Positions 21,372 through 30,227 of a DNA stretch of 64,000 bases are shown here, in pieces (within the stretch, counting starts at the first letter, position 1; each line of letters opens with the position of its first letter). The DNA is from Vicinamibacteria bacterium (lineage in GTDB: Bacteria > Acidobacteriota > Vicinamibacteria > Marinacidobacterales > Marinacidobacteraceae). Position numbers and translations under genes: made by a program. The stretch is from contig OZ219816.1 of NCBI GenBank assembly GCA_964291235.2, forward strand, positions 832,001-896,000. The letters are read 5' to 3'. Under the pieces are notes generated by a model. It did no database searches. It saw only the letters and a list, made by a program, of their open reading frames with translations, and was not told where the DNA came from.

Positions 21372-23824
21372 TGGCGATTGGAAGGATGGTGAAAGCCTGG
21401 GCGGTTGCCGGAATGGCGCTGGGCGGATCCGCCTGGGCCGAGGCGCCGGTTCCCACCGGTCCGGCGTCCATCGGGACACAGCAGCCCGAGACCGTGGAGG
21501 CGGTGCTCATCGAGGGCAACGACCTGATCGCCGCCGACGCCTGGCTCGCGCACCTGACCGTGCAGCCGGGCGATCCGGTGGACCGCGAAGCCCTCCGCGC
21601 GGAGTTCCGGACCCTCTGGGACACGGGTTTCGCCGACGACATTCGGCTCGAACTCCGGGACGGGCCCGGAGGCGGGAAGCTGGTGGTCTTCGTGGTCCAC
21701 GAGCGCCCGCGGGTCGCTTCCCTGGAGTTCGTGGGAAGCGAAGAGCTCGACAGCGACGACATCCTCGAGAAGCTGGAAGAAGAGGACTCCCAGATCGGAG
21801 TGGGAGCCCCCTATGACCCCGACCGGGTGGTGCGCGCCCGGGAGATCATCGAGGAGATGCTCGTGGACAAGGGCCGTACCGAGGGTGCGGTGGCGAGCAG
21901 CATCACCGAGAGCGAGAACGGGGTCCAGGTCGTCTTCAACATCAACGACGAGCAGCAGATACGGATTCGCCGGATCCACTTCGAGGGGATCGAGGCGCTC
22001 AACGACTGGCCGCTCCGCTGGGCGATGAAGAAAACCCGGGAAAGCCACCCGCTCGGCGCGCTGCTGGGAGGCTCCACCTACACCGAGGAGCAGTACGCGG
22101 AGGACATCGAAGCCGTGCGCCAGGAGTACCTGAAGCAGGGCTACCTGGACGTCTCGTTCGGTCCGCCGCAGTTCGAATACGAAGATGGCTACTCGCGCCA
22201 GTTCCTGTTCTGGAAGCGCGCCAAGCGCTGGATGGACGTGACGATTCCGGTGGTCGAAGGGGAGCAGTACCGGGTCGGCGAGGTCAGCGTGGAGGGCGCG
22301 GAGGTGTTCCCCGCCGAATTCGTCCGGGCGTTCTTTCCGATCCAGGCCGGCGAGGTGTACGACGAGTCCAAGGTGAACAAGGCGCTCGATTCCCTGCGCG
22401 AGGTTTACGGCGCGCGCGGCTACGTGCAGTTCACCGGCTTTCCGACGTGGCACCGCCGCCCCGAGGAGCGGGTGGTGGACGTTGTCATCAACCTGGCGGA
22501 AGAGGATCAGTTCCTCGTCAACCGGATCGAGTTCCGGGGGAACTCGACCACCAAGGACCGGGTGATTCGCCGCGAGATGTGGCTGAACGAGCAGGACATC
22601 ATGAACATGGAGCTGCTCAAGGCCTCCATCCAGCGGATCAACCAGCTCGGCTACTTCCGGCCCATCGAGCAGCCGATCATCGAGCCGAGTCCCGACGACG
22701 ACTCCAAGCTCGACATCACGCTCGACGTGGTCGAGGAGAACCGCAACCAGCTCACCTTCGGCGCCGGGGTATCCGGGCTCGAGGGGGTGTTCGTGAACGC
22801 GTCCTTCGGGACCACGAACTTCCTGGGACGCGGCGAGACGGCGAACTTCACGGTACAGACCGGAAGCCGCACCCAGAACTACCAGATCGCGATCACGGAC
22901 CCCTATTTCATGGACAAGCCGATCACGCTCGGCTTCGACGTGTTCAGCCGGGTCCTGAAGCTCAGGGAGTTCACCCGCGGCGACCTCGGGGGCCGCATCG
23001 TCTTCGGCGTTCCGCTCGGGCGCTGGTCGCGGGCCTTCCTGAACTACGGGTACTCCGTCATCACCGTCAGCGAGCCGGATCCCGACATCGTCCTGAACCT
23101 CTACGACCTCTACTACAACAGCACCTATCTGGACCCGCGGTTCTACGGATTGTCCGGCGACTTCCAGGAGAGCAAGATCAGCCCGACGTTCGTGTACAAC
23201 ACCGTGGACCACCCCATCTTCCCGAGCACCGGGAGGAAAATGACCGCGTCGTTCGACATTGCCGGCGGGAGACTCGGCGGCAACGTCCACTACCTGAAGC
23301 CGACCCTGGAGCTCGTGCACCACATGCGGGTCATCGGCAACACGTCGCTGGGTTTCCGGGCCATGGGGAGCTACCTGCACGGCTACGGCGGCACCCCGCC
23401 ACCGGAGGGCCAGGAGATCGACATCTTCAACGTCGAACAGACCGGGGTCCCGTACTACAACCGGTTCTTCCTCGGGGGCGAGTACCAGATCCGCGGCTAT
23501 TACATCCGCTCGGTGGGCCCGCGGAATGCGCGCGGCCAACTGCTCGGCGGAGACAAGATGCTGCTGTTCAACGCCGAGTACGCGATCCCGCTGGCCGGCC
23601 CGCTGCGCGCCATCCTCTTTTTCGATGCCGGAAACGCCTTCGCCGAGGAAGACAACTGGAGCCTCTCGATGCTCCAGGACTTCCGCACCTCCACCGGCAT
23701 CGAGATGCGGGTGTTCATCCCGATGCTCAACGTCCCCTTCCGGCTCATATTCGCCTACAATCCCCATCGGGACTACTACCATCGGCCCACGGCCTTCGTG
23801 TTCGGGATCGGAACGACCTTCTAG
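21368..23824 (+). CDS. bamA: Outer membrane protein assembly factor BamA
   Basis: Signal peptide, POTRA repeats (GNSTTKDRVIRRE), IRGY motif, C-terminal Phe. Confidence 0.92.
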   Translation: MMAIGRMVKAWAVAGMALGGSAWAEAPVPTGPASIGTQQPETVEAVLIEGNDLIAADAWLAHLTVQPGDPVDREALRAEFRTLWDTGFADDIRLELRDGPGGGKLVVFVVHERPRVASLEFVGSEELDSDDILEKLEEEDSQIGVGAPYDPDRVVRAREIIEEMLVDKGRTEGAVASSITESENGVQVVFNINDEQQIRIRRIHFEGIEALNDWPLRWAMKKTRESHPLGALLGGSTYTEEQYAEDIEAVRQEYLKQGYLDVSFGPPQFEYEDGYSRQFLFWKRAKRWMDVTIPVVEGEQYRVGEVSVEGAEVFPAEFVRAFFPIQAGEVYDESKVNKALDSLREVYGARGYVQFTGFPTWHRRPEERVVDVVINLAEEDQFLVNRIEFRGNSTTKDRVIRREMWLNEQDIMNMELLKASIQRINQLGYFRPIEQPIIEPSPDDDSKLDITLDVVEENRNQLTFGAGVSGLEGVFVNASFGTTNFLGRGETANFTVQTGSRTQNYQIAITDPYFMDKPITLGFDVFSRVLKLREFTRGDLGGRIVFGVPLGRWSRAFLNYGYSVITVSEPDPDIVLNLYDLYYNSTYLDPRFYGLSGDFQESKISPTFVYNTVDHPIFPSTGRKMTASFDIAGGRLGGNVHYLKPTLELVHHMRVIGNTSLGFRAMGSYLHGYGGTPPPEGQEIDIFNVEQTGVPYYNRFFLGGEYQIRGYYIRSVGPRNARGQLLGGDKMLLFNAEYAIPLAGPLRAILFFDAGNAFAEEDNWSLSMLQDFRTSTGIEMRVFIPMLNVPFRLIFAYNPHRDYYHRPTAFVFGIGTTF

Positions 23825-23900
23825 CGGCCGCGGGAAAGAGCGCGCGTTCCCCCGATCGAAAAAAGTGTCCGAGCAGAGTTTCAGGGAGTTGACCAACGTC

Positions 23901-24470
23901 ATGAATCGTTTTGCCCGCCGCCTCCGGGGCGGCTATTCGGGAGTGGTGCTGGCCGGCATGTTGCTGGCGGCCCCGGCCGCTCTCGCGGCGCAGACTGCCG
24001 AACCCACGCGGATGGCGGTGATCGACATCGACCGGATCGCCCAGGAGTCGGCGCGGGGACAGGCGATGTTCACCGAACTTCAGGCAGCGCAGGAGGAAAT
24101 CCTCCGCGGCCGCCAGCAGCGCGAACAGGAAATCCGCGACCTCACGAACCGGGCGCAGTCGCAACTGCTGTCGGCCGAGGCGCGCGCCGACCTGACCCGC
24201 GACATCGAGCGCAAGAACACCGACCTGCAGCGCTGGCTGGAGGATCAGCAGCGCTCGTTCAACGACCAGCAGACCACCGGATTCACCGCCCTCGAGGCGG
24301 ACCTCGGCCCGGTTGTGGAAGAACTGGCCCGCGAGCGGAACATCCAGTTGATCCTCCGCGTGACTCCGGGCCTGACCTTCATCATGGATCCCGCACTCGA
24401 CCTCTCCGACGAGGTGATCACGCGGTTCAACGCGCTGAGCGGCGGCGGGGAAGACGGGGAAGACCCGTAA
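23901..24470 (+). CDS. skp: OmpH/Skp periplasmic chaperone
   Basis: Signal peptide, MAVIDIDRI, coiled coil, DLSDEVI; follows bamA. Confidence 0.82.
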   Translation: MNRFARRLRGGYSGVVLAGMLLAAPAALAAQTAEPTRMAVIDIDRIAQESARGQAMFTELQAAQEEILRGRQQREQEIRDLTNRAQSQLLSAEARADLTRDIERKNTDLQRWLEDQQRSFNDQQTTGFTALEADLGPVVEELARERNIQLILRVTPGLTFIMDPALDLSDEVITRFNALSGGGEDGEDP

Positions 24471-24498
24471 CGAGCGACCCGCCTCCGGCGGGGCCGGG

Positions 24499-24906
24499 AT
24501 GACAAGCAGCGACGGGCCCCGGCCTCTCCTCGACGAGATCGGGGAACCCGAGGGCGGCGTCCCGGTCACGGGGCGGCGTCACCTCCCGGCGGACGAGCCG
24601 TTCTTCGCCGGCCACTTCCCGGGGATGCCCGTCGTTCCCGGGGTCTTCACGCTGGAAGCGCTCGCCGAGTGCGCCCGGCGGTCGCTTCCGGTTGGCGCGA
24701 CGCTTGCGTCTGCGCCCCTCGTGCGATTCCGACGCCGCGTTGACCCCGGAGATACCCTCGAACTCACGGTGACTCCGGCAGGCGGCGAAGGCGCCCGCCG
24801 ACGGTTCGAGGCGGTTGCCTCGGTCGAGGGCCGGACCGCCGTCCAGGCCGTCCTGGAATTCGTCGTCCTGGAGTTGCCGGTCGGGGACCGGACGCCGGAA
24901 CGATGA
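24499..24906 (+). CDS. fabZ: FabZ-like 3-hydroxyacyl-ACP dehydratase
   Basis: EPFFAGHFPGMPVVPGVFTLEALA, VRFRRRVDPGD. Confidence 0.75.
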   Translation: MTSSDGPRPLLDEIGEPEGGVPVTGRRHLPADEPFFAGHFPGMPVVPGVFTLEALAECARRSLPVGATLASAPLVRFRRRVDPGDTLELTVTPAGGEGARRRFEAVASVEGRTAVQAVLEFVVLELPVGDRTPER

Positions 24907-26225
24907 GTTCGGACTTTCCGGGACTCGGACTTCTGGATCCCGAAGACCGGCCCCGGGCCGCCTCCGCGTCGGAAAAGGGGAGCGGCCGCCGCCCGTCCGG
25001 GGCGCCGCCGTTCCGCCGCTCGCGCCACGCACCTCCGGCCTCGGGCGAGCGCGGGGCGTCCGCCGTTTCCCCGGAATCCGGCCGGATGTTCGCGGGTCTG
25101 AGCCGTGGGGGCACGCTCGATGACCTGACCGGCGTTTCGGTCCGCCGGCGCGCCGCGGTGGCGGGCGCCTCGTCCGCGTTCCACCTGCTGCTGGTGCTGA
25201 TCTTCGTGGGCGGGCTCATTCCGGTCGCGCCATCCGAGCCGCAGCCCGCGGAAGCGGCGGAGGACCCGCTGCTCTACGCCTTCGAGGCGCCGCCGCTCGA
25301 CGAGCCCGAAGCGCTCGCGGTGCCGGTCGAGCCGGTCCCGGCCGACCCGGCTCCGGAGGACGCTCCGGAAGCGCCCGAGGCGCAGCCGGCCCCGCCGCCT
25401 CCGGCGGGCGGTCTGGTGATTCCCGAGGCCCAGATAGCGGCGCCGAACACCGGCTTCCAGAATGACCTGCCTTTCTCGGAAGGGGAGGACGAGGAGTTCT
25501 ACGTAGATCAGGAGATGGGAGAGGAGCTGGCCTCCGAGGACGACCGCAGCGAGACGGCGGAAGCGGCGGAGCCGGAACTCCGGGCGCAGGTTCCGCCGGT
25601 CGAAGAGGCGGCGGCGGCGCCCGCCGAGCCGCCGCCCGAAGTGGCCCTCGACCCGCTTGGCGCCGGGCTCGCCGACGAGCGGCTGTTCTTTGACGCCGAG
25701 GCGTTCCGCCGCCTCATCAACGACCCCGCCGCCGACGTCCGGCGGCTCGGTGACGAACTGGCCATGCGGGAGGCCCGCGCCCAGGCGGAAGCGGAGCGCC
25801 GCAAACAGGGCGCGCCCACCGACATCTGGCGGTTCCTCGAGGGCAAGCGGTTCCGGAATCCGGAGGGGGGGCTCGTCTCCAATCGCAACAACACCCTCTA
25901 CTACGACGACCGCGGCGCCAACCTGGTGCCCTGGATCAGCCGCCTCATCGCGGAGGTGCGCCGCAACTGGTACATCCCCTACGCCGCTTCTTACGACAAC
26001 GGGCACGTGGCCATCGCGATCAGCGTGTTGCGGAGCGGGGACCTCGCCTGGTTGCAGGTGGTTGTCCCTTCCGGGGTGCCCGGCTTCGACAACGCCGCGG
26101 TGGGAGCCCTCCGGGGCGCCCAGCTGCTGCCGTTGCCGGACGACTACCCCGGAGCGGACTTCGAGATCATGCTGGTCTTTTGGTACAACGAACAGCCGTA
26201 CGATCTCTTCGGGACCGAGGGCTAA
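24903..26225 (+). CDS. TonB/TolA C-terminal domain membrane protein
   Basis: TM helix with S-x2-H, Pro/Glu-rich spacer, C-terminal VRRNWYIP...SGVPGFDNAAVGAL...LPLPDDYP. Confidence 0.75.
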   Translation: MSSDFPGLGLLDPEDRPRAASASEKGSGRRPSGAPPFRRSRHAPPASGERGASAVSPESGRMFAGLSRGGTLDDLTGVSVRRRAAVAGASSAFHLLLVLIFVGGLIPVAPSEPQPAEAAEDPLLYAFEAPPLDEPEALAVPVEPVPADPAPEDAPEAPEAQPAPPPPAGGLVIPEAQIAAPNTGFQNDLPFSEGEDEEFYVDQEMGEELASEDDRSETAEAAEPELRAQVPPVEEAAAAPAEPPPEVALDPLGAGLADERLFFDAEAFRRLINDPAADVRRLGDELAMREARAQAEAERRKQGAPTDIWRFLEGKRFRNPEGGLVSNRNNTLYYDDRGANLVPWISRLIAEVRRNWYIPYAASYDNGHVAIAISVLRSGDLAWLQVVVPSGVPGFDNAAVGALRGAQLLPLPDDYPGADFEIMLVFWYNEQPYDLFGTEG

Positions 26226-26229
26226 GCGG

Positions 26230-28479
26230 GTGAGGCGGCCCGGGGAAGAGGAGCGCCGGTCCTCGGACCGCCGTCGGGGCAGAACCGCGCCGCCCGCTTC
26301 CCGCCGCGGGCGTGCGCGTGGTGCGTTGCCGGCCGCGGTAACCGTGGCCGTGGTCCTGGCGGGCTCGGCGGCCGTGCCGGCGGGCGCCGCAGCGCAGAGT
26401 ACCCCCGCGGAAATTCGCATCGGTCTCGCCGATGCGGCGCCCGCGGCCCGGATCTCGGCGCCCGTTCCGTTCGTGCTGCGGGCCGGGGAGCTCGTGATCG
26501 AGACCTCGGAAGCGCTCGTCGCTCCGGAGACCGGGCCGGGGGAACCCGTCCTGACGCTGGGGTCGTTCGCGAGCGAATCGCGGGCGCGCGCGGTGGCGGA
26601 GGCGTTTCGCGAGGACCGGAGGGACGGCCCCGAGGTTCGCGTGGAGCGCGATCCGGCTACCGGACGGCACTTGGCCGCGCTCGCCTCCGCCCCGGCCACT
26701 GCCGCCGAAGCCGTGCGTTACCGGGCCGCCGGATATCCCGAGGCCGGCGTGTTTCACGTTCCGCGGCCCCTCGGTGAGGCGCTCGTCGTCCGGCCGATCG
26801 GCGGTTCGCCGATTCGCTTCGCCGCCGGCATTTCGCTTACTGCGGAACCGCCCGTGGACGGCTTCCTGGAGTGGGAGGGACAGCCCTACCGCGGTTCCCT
26901 GACCGTGTTCCGCAGCGGTAGCGGGGTCACGGTCGTCAACCGGACGACGCTTGAGGAGTACCTCTACGGCGTGGTGCCGCGGGAGTTGCCGCCCGATCTG
27001 TTCCCGGAGCTCGAAGCCTTGAAGGCACAGGCCCTGGCGGCCCGCACCTACGCGCTCACCCCGCGGGACGCCTATCTCCGGCGTGGCTACGACCTCTGCA
27101 GCGGTCCCGCCTGCCAGGTGTACGGCGGGGTGGCGGCGGAGCGCCCGCTTTCGACGGCGGCCGTCCGCGAGACGGCGGGTGAGGCGCTCTTTTACGACGG
27201 CCGCCTGATTGACGCCCTCTACACCGCCGCCTGCGGCGGGTACACCGAAAACGCCGAGAACGTGTTCTCCAACCCGACTCCCTACCTGGTGGCGCGCGCC
27301 TGCATCCGGGAGGCCGGGGGTGTCCGCGTGCGCTCCGGCGCCGCGGAGGGCCTGCCGCTCGACGCGGCGCTGCTCCGCCTTGCCGGCGCGCTGCCCGCGG
27401 GCTGGAGCGGCGCGGCGCTGGCCGAGTCCGCGACCCGGGACGAAGCCCACCGCGTGCTCGACGCGGCGGTGCGCCGGCTCGGCCTGCCGGCGTGCGATCC
27501 GGGGCCGGGCGCTGGCCTGAACCTCGGCGACTTCGGCCGGCTGGTGGAGGCGGTGCGCTGCCGGGAGCCGGACGGCCTGCTATTCGGGCCGGGACCCGAC
27601 GGGAGCGAGTTGGCCGAGGGCGAACCGGCCGTCGGCAGGCTGCTCGCCGAGGGGCTGCTCGATCCCCGGGAGCTGGGTCTGACCCCCGGCCGGGCGGTCA
27701 GCCGCCGGGAAGTCGTTGGGGTCGCGGCCGCCTTGATGCGGAGGGACGGGCAACTCTTCCGGCGCGGACAGATCCGCGAGGTGGCCGAGCTGGACGGCTG
27801 GGTGCGCATCACGGTTGAAGTGGAAGGCGCCCCCGAGTTTGAGGGGGAGCCGCTGCAGCACCGGCTCGAGGCTCTCGGAAACGAACTCCTGTTCCGCGAG
27901 ATTCGTCCCACCCGGACCCCGGGGCGCGAGGAGCCGGCCCCGCTCTCCGTTCCCGTCGGCGAAGTCCGCCTCCGGGTGGGGGACTTCGTGCGGTACCACG
28001 CGGAGGTGGCGCGTCCCGCAAAGTCCGCGAGGCTCGATCTGCTGATCCTCGAGGACCTCGGCGCCGCCCTGGACCGCTTCTCCAGCCAGCGCTCGTGGTT
28101 CGTGCCGAAGAACAACACCGACCTTTCGGACGCGGTGAACAGGGCGAAACCCATTGGCCGGATCGTCGCCCTCGAGCCGCTGGAGTTCGGAGCCTCCGGA
28201 CGGATCGTCCGGCTGCGGATCGTCGGCACCGACGGGAATCTCGAGGTGCGCGGGCTTCGCATTCGGCGCCTCCTGGGCCTTGCCGAGAACCTGTTCCGGG
28301 CCGAACCCCGGCGGGATGAAGGCGGCGAGGTGGCGGAATGGTGGTTCTCGGGGCGGGGGTGGGGGCACGGCCTCGGCCTCTGCCAGGCGGGGGCCTACGG
28401 CATGGCCGCCGCCGGCGCCGGCTACCGCGAGATCCTGGCCCACTACTACCCGGGAACCGAGATTCGCGCCGTCCCGTGA
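26230..28479 (+). CDS. SpoIID/LytB domain protein with SPOR-like region
   Basis: YRGSL, VVN...LEEYLYGVVPRE, EALKAQALAARTY, CQVYGG, GRGWGHGLGLCQAGA...ILAHYYPG. Start is uncertain. Confidence 0.85.
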   Translation: MRRPGEEERRSSDRRRGRTAPPASRRGRARGALPAAVTVAVVLAGSAAVPAGAAAQSTPAEIRIGLADAAPAARISAPVPFVLRAGELVIETSEALVAPETGPGEPVLTLGSFASESRARAVAEAFREDRRDGPEVRVERDPATGRHLAALASAPATAAEAVRYRAAGYPEAGVFHVPRPLGEALVVRPIGGSPIRFAAGISLTAEPPVDGFLEWEGQPYRGSLTVFRSGSGVTVVNRTTLEEYLYGVVPRELPPDLFPELEALKAQALAARTYALTPRDAYLRRGYDLCSGPACQVYGGVAAERPLSTAAVRETAGEALFYDGRLIDALYTAACGGYTENAENVFSNPTPYLVARACIREAGGVRVRSGAAEGLPLDAALLRLAGALPAGWSGAALAESATRDEAHRVLDAAVRRLGLPACDPGPGAGLNLGDFGRLVEAVRCREPDGLLFGPGPDGSELAEGEPAVGRLLAEGLLDPRELGLTPGRAVSRREVVGVAAALMRRDGQLFRRGQIREVAELDGWVRITVEVEGAPEFEGEPLQHRLEALGNELLFREIRPTRTPGREEPAPLSVPVGEVRLRVGDFVRYHAEVARPAKSARLDLLILEDLGAALDRFSSQRSWFVPKNNTDLSDAVNRAKPIGRIVALEPLEFGASGRIVRLRIVGTDGNLEVRGLRIRRLLGLAENLFRAEPRRDEGGEVAEWWFSGRGWGHGLGLCQAGAYGMAAAGAGYREILAHYYPGTEIRAVP

Positions 28480-28572
28480 GCTCGCGACCTCCGCTCGCGT
28501 TCACCAGCGGACAGTTGCGTGCCGGAGCGGTGGTCGTCTTCGTGCTCTTGCTGATCGCCCTGATGCGCCGCC

Positions 28573-29580
28573 TTGGGTGATTTCTCCGGAAGCGGGCGCC
28601 TGGTGCTGGCGCTCGTCGGTCCCACCGCGAGTGGCAAGTCCGACGTGGCGGTCCGGGTGGCCGCATCGCTCCCCTTTCCGGTGGAGATCGTCTCCTGCGA
28701 CGCTTTCCAGATCTACCGGGCGCTGGACATCGGCTCCGGGAAACCGTCGCCGGAAATGCGGACCCGCCTGCCGCACCACCTTCTCGACACGCTCGATCCG
28801 GACGATCCCTGCACTGCCGGCCGCTATGCGGATCTCGCGGCGTCCGCGGTGCGGGGCATCTGGAGCCGCGGAGCCGTCCCGCTGGTGGTTGGCGGGAGCG
28901 GCCTCTACTTCCGGGCGCTGCGCGACGGGATCTTCGAGGGGCCGGCGCCCGACCCCCGCCTGCGGGCGCGGCTGGACGCGATCCATGAGAGGCCCGGAGG
29001 ACCCCGCTGGTTGGAGAGGCTGCTCGGACGCCTCGACCCCGAGGCGCACCGGCGGATCCATCCGAACGACCGCGTTCGCCGGGTGAGGGCCCTCGAAGTG
29101 GCGCTCGCCGCGGGGGAGCCCATCTCCCGCCTCCAGGCCACCCGTCGGCCGCCGCTGCCGGACGCCACCTGGCGCATCGCGGGCCTCGATCCGCCGCGCC
29201 GCCTGCTCGAGGGGCGGATCGCCCGGCGGGTCCGGGGAATGTTCCAGGACGGGCTGGTGGAAGAGGCCCGCCGTCTTCACCAGAGGTACGCGGACGGCTG
29301 GCCGGGGCGGTTCGCGATCGGGTATCGCGAGGTCCTGGCGCTCCTCGCGGACGGCGTGGGGCCGGACGATCTCACGGCGCGTCTCGCCGATGCCGAAGCC
29401 CGGGTGGTGATCGCCACCCGCCGCTACGCGAAGCGCCAGTGGACCTGGTTCCGCGCGGAAGAGGGCGTGACCTGGGTTCCTTTCGCGGCGGGTGACGCGG
29501 CGGCGCCCGAAGGCGTCTTGCGCGTCTTCCTCCCGGGTGGCATCGCCGGCGTTCCGGTTCCTTCTGCCGGAGCCTCCTAG
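28573..29580 (+). CDS. miaA: tRNA dimethylallyltransferase
   Basis: GPTASGKS, EIVSCDAFQIY, DIGSGKP, VGGSGLY, TRRYAKRQWTWF. Confidence 0.95.
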   Translation: MGDFSGSGRLVLALVGPTASGKSDVAVRVAASLPFPVEIVSCDAFQIYRALDIGSGKPSPEMRTRLPHHLLDTLDPDDPCTAGRYADLAASAVRGIWSRGAVPLVVGGSGLYFRALRDGIFEGPAPDPRLRARLDAIHERPGGPRWLERLLGRLDPEAHRRIHPNDRVRRVRALEVALAAGEPISRLQATRRPPLPDATWRIAGLDPPRRLLEGRIARRVRGMFQDGLVEEARRLHQRYADGWPGRFAIGYREVLALLADGVGPDDLTARLADAEARVVIATRRYAKRQWTWFRAEEGVTWVPFAAGDAAAPEGVLRVFLPGGIAGVPVPSAGAS

Positions 29581-29595
29581 AATCCCCTCCGTTCC

Positions 29596-30201
29596 GTGCG
29601 CTCCTTTCTCTTGCTTCTCGCCGCGCTCCCGCTTCTGGGTGCGGCTTCCCCCGGGGCGCAGGCGCCCGCGCCGCCTCCCGACCCGGTGGAGGGCGCCGCC
29701 TGGCTGAAGATCTTCGGGATCGTCTCCGGCGCCCCGGATCCGGTGGTTCTGGCGGAGGACGAGGTCAACGCCCTGCTGGGTTCGGCGCAGTTGACCGCGG
29801 TCCTCACCGAGCGGGCCGGCCTGACCGGCGTCACGGCGCGCCTCCTCCCCGACGAGGTGCAGCTTCGCGGAAACATGGCGGTTGCGAAGCTCGCCGCGGC
29901 GCTCGGCCCGCTCGCTCCCCCCTCCGGAAGTCCGCCGCAGCCCGTGGAACTCGTGCTGCGGCTGCGCGATACGGGCGGTTCGGCGGAAGCCACCCTCCTG
30001 CGGGGAACGGTTTCCGGGATGGAGCTGCCGCCCCCGGTCATCGCCGAAGCCCTTTCGGAAGCCCTCCTGGGAGCCTTGACGGCCCAGTTTCCGGACGGGA
30101 GCCAACCCAGCCTCGACGGGACGCCTTTCCCGTTGCCGCGCAGGATTGCGCGCTTCGAAGTGAGGTCCGGAGAAGTCCTGCTCCTGCCGGCCACTCCCTG
30201 A
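29596..30201 (+). CDS. Exported hypothetical protein
   Basis: Signal-peptide-like N-terminus; fills the miaA-recG gap. Confidence 0.6.
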   Translation: MRSFLLLLAALPLLGAASPGAQAPAPPPDPVEGAAWLKIFGIVSGAPDPVVLAEDEVNALLGSAQLTAVLTERAGLTGVTARLLPDEVQLRGNMAVAKLAAALGPLAPPSGSPPQPVELVLRLRDTGGSAEATLLRGTVSGMELPPPVIAEALSEALLGALTAQFPDGSQPSLDGTPFPLPRRIARFEVRSGEVLLLPATP

Positions 30202-30227
30202 CCGGAGTTCCGCGGGAAAACGCGACC

